From Pirellulales bacterium (GTDB taxonomy: Bacteria; Planctomycetota; Planctomycetia; Pirellulales; JBBDJB01): a stretch of 64,000 nucleotides of DNA. The stretch's first letter is position 1; the number at the start of each line of letters is the position of its first letter. The stretch spans positions 11,090-75,089 of the forward strand of contig JBBDJB010000032.1 in NCBI GenBank assembly GCA_040880125.1. Direction: 5' to 3'. A model generated the notes under the pieces. The model was given only the letters and a program-made list of their open reading frames with translations. It ran no database searches and was not told where the DNA came from. A program made the translations under genes and the position numbers. Positions 20,701-29,624 of the stretch are shown here, piece by piece.

Positions 20701-21176
20701 CCTGTGATATCCAGCCGCTGCATGCTGTAGCGCGGTGTGGCGCTGCCGCGGTTCATCTCGCCCTTCAGCCGGATCGCCTCAAGAAAGTCCTCGTAGGCGT
20801 ACTGCAAGACTTTTTGGAGTTGACCGTTGCCGTCCGGTAACAGAAAGGTGTCCGGCTCGGTCCGCTGCACCACGCTTTGGGAATCGGCGCCGCCAGAATC
20901 GGCCGGCTCCATGACCGTTGGCGGCAGCACGGGGCTAGGCGGCGCCGCCGCCGGCTGCGCAGACAGCGAACCTGCCGGCCATGCCATCCACAGCAAGATC
21001 GCCACTGCCAATTTAATCGAGTACCGCACGATCACGGACCCTCGCAGCAAGCCGGTACGGTCGTTGGCCGGCGCCAGTAAGAATGCGTCTCCGCCAAAGG
21101 GGAGAACAAAGACGAGAGTGCAAAGGTTCGCCCGCTTGATCCACCCACTGAGCGAGCCGCGGAAGCCGGGCAGCAT
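17712..21176 (-). CDS. giant hypothetical envelope protein (1,105-1,154 aa), single module paralogous to the two halves of the downstream gene
   Basis: Coordinates are those of the maximal ORF. The likely true start is GTG at 21029, with GAGGG 9 nt upstream, giving MRYSIKLAVAILLWMAWPAGSLSA|QP (signal peptide). The C-terminus has three hydrophobic helices (LIVLLASAVTLGMGLLLLYV, GVLLAGALALMALGLVY, AMLIAQAATLGLLLAVLATLL). No known domain recognised. Confidence 0.85.
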   Translation of the reverse strand: MLPGFRGSLSGWIKRANLCTLVFVLPFGGDAFLLAPANDRTGLLRGSVIVRYSIKLAVAILLWMAWPAGSLSAQPAAAPPSPVLPPTVMEPADSGGADSQSVVQRTEPDTFLLPDGNGQLQKVLQYAYEDFLEAIRLKGEMNRGSATPRYSMQRLDITGAVHGDRAELTIVMEVLLNTTGTVGIPIGMRRVAPKQPLDAPDAFIDYDDDSASYLLWMRGEAGQSRTLSWTVLAPVKRVAGESVLQLNLPRAVASELRLNVDLTGAEARVSDEAALVESNPKGDDNSTELVAHGIGGEFEIGWSRPNEPAPRARLRLEAKGEILCRIDGGGVHTEADLTVRSFGGPFDHLQVRLPPGAELVSDGERDYAIAPSSTSEDGGIVDVRLDSATAGPVTIRLVTEQPHRSATPEQPLELAGFEVLGAVSQYGHIAVERVGNWHVLWQQRRGAYQVETLPESLRSEDLAAGFEYFRQPFSLTARLAPRERTVRVEPQYVLLIGEEQARLEARLRYTVRGNKAFQVEIEMAGWEVDAETIGPANLVDIDAIPPADGDRLTVPLLQPSIGQIDLTFSARRAVDRDDSTARLPLPRPVADSQTRSIVVVLPDDNVELIPQTEAMVGLSPQQSAPRIELPPRQQNPLYFLGDVEAAEFAARVRVYEQAINVDAQSDVTINPTGGRVAQTFTYRVAYEPVDKLSLEVPPELAAAGGLEISIDGEPLLPVTVRENTEANSDSEHTLVQITLKEPRIGAFTVNVSYAFGGPLLRPEQSTRLPAPLVMPADGTLGSNGVTILPAEGTEVTTSATDWAEVNPSATATTRRRELRLSKASRALHVPLVAHLIQPRSEGSTVVQRAWLQSWLTATARQDRATFRFTTNEPSFEVLLPEGVAEDAIEAKLDSERLALMPQQRRLTVPLPESPTQREYLLELRYHMQGGGASNGPLVLEPSRPADDIWIRHIYWQVVLPNDLHVVVMPADFAREFLWDWRGLYWGRQPLMEQSQLETWVGAQRGTSVPSTTNRYLFSSLKNVQPLRISTADRSLIVLLASAVTLGMGLLLLYVRASRHPGVLLAGALALMALGLVYPEPAMLIAQAATLGLLLAVLATLLKLVLTRQRQAPVVVRGSASSMASPIQSTESLAPPVAEHPPGSTATLQPSESNS

Positions 21177-21556
21177 CCCAGGAGTTCAGGCACCGGATTG
21201 CGGTCCAACACGACCGGACCATCTACCTGAAATACCTGCGTTGCTCCTCCATCCAGTCTACACAGGCGTTAAGTTCGCTTAAAGCGTCAAATCCGCTCCC
21301 CGGGACCGGTTAGCACCCCCTGAGGCGGTCTCCGGACACTGTGGGCCCAAGTCTATCGTCTCGCCAGCAGTCTCCCGGCCGTTGCCCTGCACAAAAAATC
21401 CGTCAACGTCTTTTTTGCAGCCGTTGATGTTCGCAAGTGGATGCTGCATCCCATGGAGGTGATGCCAAAATGAACCCGCAAGGCGATAATTTGCGAGCGC
21501 TGTGAAGAGCTTTGCTCCGAAATTGGCGAACTTGAAGAACGACGTGGCGGCGTATT

Positions 21557-22330
21557 TCAACAGCCGGTGAGGTGTGAGGCGATCTGTGCGTGCAGCGACT
21601 CGGTGGCAGCGGCGAGAAAGGCCGGCCGCCACAGATCGAAGGGCCCACCGTCGCGAGCCGTGACCACTCCGCCCGACTCGCAGACCGCCAACACGCCGGC
21701 GGCTACGTCCCAGGGGTAGATTACCGCCGCCCAATAGCCGTCGATCCTTCCGGCGGCGAGATAGCAGAGGTTCAGCGCGGCGGACCCCATTCGTCGAATC
21801 GCCTGGCAATGTTGAGTGATCTCGACCAGGTCCCGCATATCGACCGATTCGGGCTTCACTTTGGGGGGAAGGCTGATCGCCAGCATCGCCTGGCCAATTT
21901 GTTCGACTCGGCTCGTGCGCAGTTGAATTCCGTTCAGGTATGCACCCCCTCCACGAATCGCCGTGTAGCACTCTTCGGCGACCGGATCGTAAACGGCGCC
22001 GGCCTGCACGACGCCGTCTCGCTCGACGGCCACGGAAACGGAGTACTGCGGCAGCCCGTGGACGAAGTTCGCGGTGCCATCGAGTGGATCGGCTACCCAG
22101 CAGTATTCGGCGTCCGGACGCTGCGTTGCGCCCTCTTCTTCCCCGACAAATCCATGAGTGGGGAAGGCCGTCTCGACGATACGGCGGATCGCGCGTTGCG
22201 AGGCCAGATCGGCCTCGGTAACCAGGTCCGAGGGGCCTTTTTCACGGACACCCAATGGGCCGCGGAACTGTTGGATCGCCTTGCCGCCGGCGCGCGCGGC
22301 CTCTTCGCAAACGTTTACTAATTGGGACAT
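21557..22330 (-). CDS. inositol monophosphatase family protein (SuhB/CysQ-like)
   Basis: Motifs FVGEEEG, WVADPLDGTANFVHGLPQYSVSVA and WDVAAG are present. The start is moved to ATG 22330 (MSQLVNVCEEAARAGG); the track ORF begins at an upstream GTG. Confidence 0.9.
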   Translation of the reverse strand: MSQLVNVCEEAARAGGKAIQQFRGPLGVREKGPSDLVTEADLASQRAIRRIVETAFPTHGFVGEEEGATQRPDAEYCWVADPLDGTANFVHGLPQYSVSVAVERDGVVQAGAVYDPVAEECYTAIRGGGAYLNGIQLRTSRVEQIGQAMLAISLPPKVKPESVDMRDLVEITQHCQAIRRMGSAALNLCYLAAGRIDGYWAAVIYPWDVAAGVLAVCESGGVVTARDGGPFDLWRPAFLAAATESLHAQIASHLTGC

Positions 22331-22419
22331 TACGTCATTGCACCTCGGAATTGTGCAACTGGCCACCACGCGCGGACCGATTATAAAGGGTGCCGGACAG
22401 TCGTGCTATCGGTGAGGTC

Positions 22420-22668
22420 GCGCCGCGAAGCACCTAGAGGTCTGGCGAGAACGAATTGGGCGGCGACAGAAACTTTTTTTTGTCGTAAAGACTGGACAAG
22501 CGCCGCCAAGCTGATACGATGATAAGCGAATTGAGAGACTCAGTCGAACGCAGTAAGTTTTGTTCATCGTAGCGGAATCATTCCCTGTAATAATTCGCGT
22601 TTCGACCAGGCCTCTTCTCTGTTCCGGCCCCGTCGTCTTACCTCGTGTGAGCGGCGGGGTTTTTTTTT
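22420..22668 (+). ncRNA. candidate small RNA or 5' leader ending at a strong intrinsic terminator (5' end unknown)
   Basis: No plus-strand gene lies upstream, yet a canonical terminator sits at 22628-22668. The interior has alternative 7-bp pairings: ACGATGA/TCATCGT and GCGAATT/AATTCGC. No Rfam family recognised by eye. Confidence 0.25.
22628..22668 (+). terminator. Rho-independent terminator (8-bp GC-rich stem followed by T9)
   Basis: CCCCGTCG (22628-22635) pairs with CGGCGGGG (22552-22559 offset corrected: 22652-22659), with one G-U pair. A run of 9 T follows at 22660-22668. Confidence 0.6.
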
Positions 22669-22682
22669 GACCACGTGCTGGC

Positions 22683-23429
22683 ATGTCCGAAGCGAGTCCT
22701 CCTGCTCCCGCCACGTGGACACTGCAGGACACCCGCGCGCAGTACATCGCCGGCGAGTTGCGCGGAACAGTCGATCTGACCTCCCCGCGGCCAGGCCTGT
22801 CGGGGCTTTCGCTGCGAGGACAATCGCTGCCGGGAAGCATTTTGCAGGTCGCGTTCGATCCTGCAGCTTCGGACAGGTCAGCCCGTTTGTCCGACGCCTA
22901 CATCCGCCGGTCGGACCTGGTCGCCACCTACACATCAACGGAGGCGTGTCCCTTCCGGACGCAAATCTATTGGCGCGCCGTGGCGGACAATGCTGCGCTG
23001 ACCGCGCTCGACCTGATCATCTCGGTACAGACGCATTTGCTCGACACACGCCCGGTACTGCAAGCCAGTATATCTCTACCGGGCGAGCTGCTCCGTTTGC
23101 GCGAGGGCGGTGATGGTCACTTCGAACCGGTGGAGTGTCGTAGCGCGGCGGACGATGCCGACGCCCCCGGATGCTTTCTGTGGCGGATAGCCGGTTCAGG
23201 CCTCAGCTTCGCCGGAATGATTCACCCGGCGGATCGGCGGAGTCTTCACATCGAGCGGGACGGCGAACAAACCCGCGTGCGGTTCAGCCTCTTCTCGTGC
23301 TTCTTAGAGAAGGGGGTCATCCTGCGAGCGCGCCTGCGCGGAGTATTCCTCCCGCGCGAGAGCGAGGATGTCGCCGCAGTGAACTGGTACCGCGAGCTGG
23401 TCGCGGCGAAGCCGCCGCTGACCACCTGA
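22683..23429 (+). CDS. hypothetical protein
   Basis: 248-aa ORF starting at an ATG, with coding-like composition. No motif recognised. There is no SD, and the ATG lies only 14 nt after the terminator T-run, so the start is uncertain. Confidence 0.55.
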   Translation: MSEASPPAPATWTLQDTRAQYIAGELRGTVDLTSPRPGLSGLSLRGQSLPGSILQVAFDPAASDRSARLSDAYIRRSDLVATYTSTEACPFRTQIYWRAVADNAALTALDLIISVQTHLLDTRPVLQASISLPGELLRLREGGDGHFEPVECRSAADDADAPGCFLWRIAGSGLSFAGMIHPADRRSLHIERDGEQTRVRFSLFSCFLEKGVILRARLRGVFLPRESEDVAAVNWYRELVAAKPPLTT

Positions 23430-23498
23430 TCGAAGGTCCGTTGATGATCGTCCGCGCCGCCGCAGTCGGAATTTGTCCGGTCATGCGACCAATGTCGG

Positions 23499-24671
23499 CT
23501 ATTGCTGCGGGGGCTGCGTCTGTGGCTTGCAATAGGAAAGCGCAAGCAGGGCATATCCTGTGACGAGATTTGGGTCGCCTTCCAGCCAGCGGTCGTTCTC
23601 GTTCACCCATGAGCCGTCGGGCCGCTGGCGCTTCGCCAACTCTTCTACCAGATCCCGTCGCCAATTGTGCCGGTCACCGCTGCCTTCCACGATCACGTCC
23701 TCGCCGATTGCCTCGAGGGCTTTGGCAAACGTGTGATAGTAGTAGTAGAGTCCGGCATTTCCCATGCCCGGGTTCTCATCGAGCGCGTAGTGCTGCCGGG
23801 CCCAGTCGTATGCGGCCTTGACGCGCATATCTTCGGGTCCGACACCGGCGTAGATCATGCTCTTCAGTCCGGCGTAGGTCATCGAACCGTAACTCCGCAG
23901 CCCGCCGCTAGTCGTCTCGCCGGCCTGGCTCTGACCGCCCGCGGCGATCGTGTAGTAAAAGCCGCCGTCAGGATTCTTCGTGCTGAACTCGGTGGTGTTG
24001 TGCTCCGATTCGAGGTTCTGGCACCGCGATACGAACACCAGCGCTGCTTGAAGATGTTCGTCATCCGGGCCGTTGCCGGTGGCCTTGAGTCCTTCGATCA
24101 GGAAACTGGTGTTCGACAGATCAGGTCGGGAATGACTGCCGTATCCGGCACCACCGTAGCTGGGGCTGGAGATGTCGTGGCCCTCTTGGGCATCCCATTG
24201 AATGCCCTTGATAAACTTTTCCGCCCCGTCCAGGAGCTCGTCGTAGCGGCCGTCGCGATTGGCCTCGTTGAAGCAGAGGATCGCCAGGCACGTCTCGTAA
24301 TTTCGGTGCCGCGAGCCTTCGGCGTAGATTCCGCCGTCGTCGTGGACGAAGCCTTTTAGGTACTCGAGGCTTCTCGCGATGAGCGGGTCTTCCGCCGTGC
24401 GTCCAGTGCGAAGCAGGGCAGTGGTGGCCAGTGCCGTGATGGCCGGTCCCGCGTGACTGCTGTAGGAGCCGTCCTCGGCCTGCCCCTGGTTTTCCAAATA
24501 GGCGATGGCCTTGGCGACGGTTTGCTCGTAGACGGCCGGATCGGGCCCAGCGACCGGCTCAGGATCGGCGGCTTGCGCCAATGCGTTGCCGGTGCAGGTT
24601 TGCCAGGCGAGAACCGCCACCAAGCCGCAATAGGCTAATATGGCGAAACGTGAACCGAGGTACCATCGCAT
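23499..24671 (-). CDS. secreted prenyltransferase/squalene-oxidase-repeat (alpha-alpha toroid) protein
   Basis: The start is moved to ATG 24671 (GGAGG upstream), giving MRWYLGSRFAILAYCGLVAVLAWQ (signal peptide). Repeated DGS(Y/W), DGG(I/F)Y and GGAGYG-type motifs are typical of terpene-cyclase/prenyltransferase repeat proteins. Confidence 0.8.
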   Translation of the reverse strand: MRWYLGSRFAILAYCGLVAVLAWQTCTGNALAQAADPEPVAGPDPAVYEQTVAKAIAYLENQGQAEDGSYSSHAGPAITALATTALLRTGRTAEDPLIARSLEYLKGFVHDDGGIYAEGSRHRNYETCLAILCFNEANRDGRYDELLDGAEKFIKGIQWDAQEGHDISSPSYGGAGYGSHSRPDLSNTSFLIEGLKATGNGPDDEHLQAALVFVSRCQNLESEHNTTEFSTKNPDGGFYYTIAAGGQSQAGETTSGGLRSYGSMTYAGLKSMIYAGVGPEDMRVKAAYDWARQHYALDENPGMGNAGLYYYYHTFAKALEAIGEDVIVEGSGDRHNWRRDLVEELAKRQRPDGSWVNENDRWLEGDPNLVTGYALLALSYCKPQTQPPQQ

Positions 24672-24817
24672 GAGAATCCTCCCTCTCTCCGCTTCCGCTG
24701 CTGAGCGCATGTAATTCGGCCGAAAAGCCGCTCCAACCGTACCGTCACTCCAATTTTAGCCCGCGAAGGGGAAAAGGATAATTTTTACTCGCAGGTATCC
24801 TCGCCCCTAGCAGTCTG

Positions 24818-25105
24818 TCAGCGGACCACGGCCAAAATCTCGTCCTCGCTCATGATGAGCAGTTCTTCGTTGTCAACGACGACTTCGGTGCCGGCCCAGC
24901 TACTGAACAGCACCCGATCACCTTCGCTGACTTCGTGCTTTGCCCGGGCTCCGTTGTTCAATAATTTTCCGTCGCCGACGCTCAAGACCTTTCCCTGGCG
25001 TGGCTTTTCGCGTGCCGAGTCGGGAAGCACAATTCCCCCGGAGGTCTTCTCTTCCGATTCGAGGCGCTTGACCACCAGCTTGTCGCCGAGGGGCACGACT
25101 TTCAT
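24818..25105 (-). CDS. groES: co-chaperonin GroES
   Basis: 95 aa: MKVVPLGDKLVVKRLESEEKTSGGIVLPDSAREKPRQGKVLSVGDG...EILAVV. No groEL follows it in this window. Confidence 0.95.
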   Translation of the reverse strand: MKVVPLGDKLVVKRLESEEKTSGGIVLPDSAREKPRQGKVLSVGDGKLLNNGARAKHEVSEGDRVLFSSWAGTEVVVDNEELLIMSEDEILAVVR

Positions 25106-25232
25106 GTTGTAACGCTCCTAATTGAACCTGATTTCCACAACTCAATCTGTCGCTTTCGCTCGACAAGCCGCTAATTGTCTCGCGCCCAGGAAAGTGGCAC
25201 AAGCCACAAACTGCCGCCGGAGGCGCGAGAAT

Positions 25233-25261
25233 TTGACACAGATCGGCCAGCGTTTTACATT
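25233..25261 (+). promoter_or_regulatory. sigma70-like promoter candidate TTGACA-N17-TACATT upstream of the PSCyt/DUF1553 gene
   Basis: TTGACA is at 25233-25238, followed by a 17-nt spacer and TACATT at 25256-25261. It lies ~60 nt before ATG 25322. Pattern only. Confidence 0.3.
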
Positions 25262-25321
25262 GACGATTCGCAGTGAATGCACTGGCGATGACACTTTCGA
25301 GCGAGCCGCCCGGATTCCGAC

Positions 25322-27883
<2,562 letters not shown>

Positions 27884-27941
27884 GTCGGCCGCAGCCAGCA
27901 GGTTTTATACCGTGTTCGAACCGACAACGCCAAATAACGCA

Positions 27942-29363
27942 ATGCGCTTGCCACATCGACAGCCGCTGTTCACGCGGCGCGACGCCCTGATCCGCGGTGG
28001 TGCCGGTTTCGGTGCGCTTGCGCTGGCGGAGTTGTTCGGCGCATCGATCGACAGTCAACTAGCGCGGGCGGCCGTTCCGCCTCGGCCGCATCATCGTCCG
28101 ACGGCCAAGAACATCATCTTCCTGTTCATGGAGGGCGGGCCCAGTCACATCGACACGTTCGATCCGAAGCCGAAGCTGAACGAGCTGGCCGGGCAGCCGT
28201 TGCCGGAGAGTTATGGTCGGGTAATCACGGCGATGGGCGAAAGGGGGGCGCCGCTGTTGGCCTCGCAGCGAAAATGGAAGCAGCAGGGCGAGAGCGGCCT
28301 TTGGGTGTCCGATTGGCTACCGCACCTGGCCGAGTGCGCCGACGATCTGGCGGTCGTTCGCTCGTGCTGGTGCGACGGGCTGAACCACGTGGGCTCCGTC
28401 TGCCAAATGAACACCGGCTCGACGCTGGCCGGTCGGCCGTCGCTGGGAAGCTGGGTCAGCTACGGGTTGGGGACGGAGAACAACAACCTGCCGTCGTTCG
28501 TGGTGTTGCTTGATCGCGAGGCGATTGTCAGCGGGGGACCGCGCAACTGGGGCTCCGGCTTTCTGCCCGGTATGTACGACGGCACGCAGCTTCAGACCGG
28601 TGACGAACCGATCCCGAACCTGCACTCGCCCGAGAGCGTCAGCGATGCGCGGCAGCGGCGGAAGCTGGATCTGCTCGGCGAGCTGAATCGGGAGAATCAA
28701 GCGCAGCACCCGCTGGCCGACGCGTTGGAAGCTCGCATCCGCAGTTATGAGCTGGCATTCCGCATGCAGGCCGAAGCGCCCGAGGCGGTCGATCTGACGA
28801 AGGAAACCGCCGAGACCCGTACGCTGTACGGGCTGGATGACGAGCAGTCGGGGGCGATGGGGCGCAACTGCCTGTTGGCACGTCGGCTCGTCGAGCGCGG
28901 TGTCCGCTTCGTGCAGGTGTACCACGGCGCCGGCAGCCGTTGGGACGCGCACTCAAACATCGAGTCGAATCACACGACGCTCTGCCGCGAGATGGATCTT
29001 CCCGTGGCGGGATTGCTGAAGGATCTCAAGCGACGCGGATTGCTTGATGAAACGCTGGTGGTCTGGGGTGGTGAATTCGGCCGCACGCCAATGAGCGAGA
29101 AGGGCAACGGCCGCGATCACAATCCCACCGGCTTTACCATGTGGATGGCCGGAGGCGGTGTCCGCGGCGGTCAAGCAATCGGCACGACCGATGACTTGGG
29201 CCTGCACGCCGTCGAAGATCGGCTTCACATCCACGACCTGCACGCCACGATGCTCGATCTGTTGGGCGTAGACCATTCGCGGTTGGTGTATCTGCACAAG
29301 GGGCGTCCGGAACGGCCGACGCTCAACGAAGGCGGCGCCTATCGGCAAATCCGCGGCGTATAG
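27942..29363 (+). CDS. DUF1501 (sulfatase-fold) protein with a twin-arginine signal
   Basis: MRLPHRQPLFTRRDALIRGGAGFGALALAELFG is a Tat motif. An alternative GTG start exists at 27912. GGEFGRTP and DHN motifs are present. This is the usual partner gene directly downstream of DUF1553 proteins. Confidence 0.9.
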   Translation: MRLPHRQPLFTRRDALIRGGAGFGALALAELFGASIDSQLARAAVPPRPHHRPTAKNIIFLFMEGGPSHIDTFDPKPKLNELAGQPLPESYGRVITAMGERGAPLLASQRKWKQQGESGLWVSDWLPHLAECADDLAVVRSCWCDGLNHVGSVCQMNTGSTLAGRPSLGSWVSYGLGTENNNLPSFVVLLDREAIVSGGPRNWGSGFLPGMYDGTQLQTGDEPIPNLHSPESVSDARQRRKLDLLGELNRENQAQHPLADALEARIRSYELAFRMQAEAPEAVDLTKETAETRTLYGLDDEQSGAMGRNCLLARRLVERGVRFVQVYHGAGSRWDAHSNIESNHTTLCREMDLPVAGLLKDLKRRGLLDETLVVWGGEFGRTPMSEKGNGRDHNPTGFTMWMAGGGVRGGQAIGTTDDLGLHAVEDRLHIHDLHATMLDLLGVDHSRLVYLHKGRPERPTLNEGGAYRQIRGV

Positions 29364-29624
29364 CAGGTCTTCGCTTGTCAAATTGAGCCACAGTGGTTCG
29401 CCCGGTTGGTCGCCGTTTGCCTTTGCCGGCCCGGGCAAGGTATGCTCTGAAGGGATTCGCGCTGGCCGCAGATGCTGGCGCGGCTCGTAAATTTCGGGAA
29501 CGTTCACTCCTCTCTTTCCGCCAATTCGCGGCAGGTGAACGTCCCGCATCGCGCAGTAATTCAGATGTCTCGTGGGCGTCCCGTGAGTATCGCGAAGGCG
29601 ATTCGGCTCGAAGGAGTACTTGAT

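Noticed and set aside
25106-25321. Looked for a CIRCE/HrcA operator upstream of groES.
   Set aside because: No TTAGCACTC-N9-GAGTGCTAA-like inverted repeat is present on either strand.
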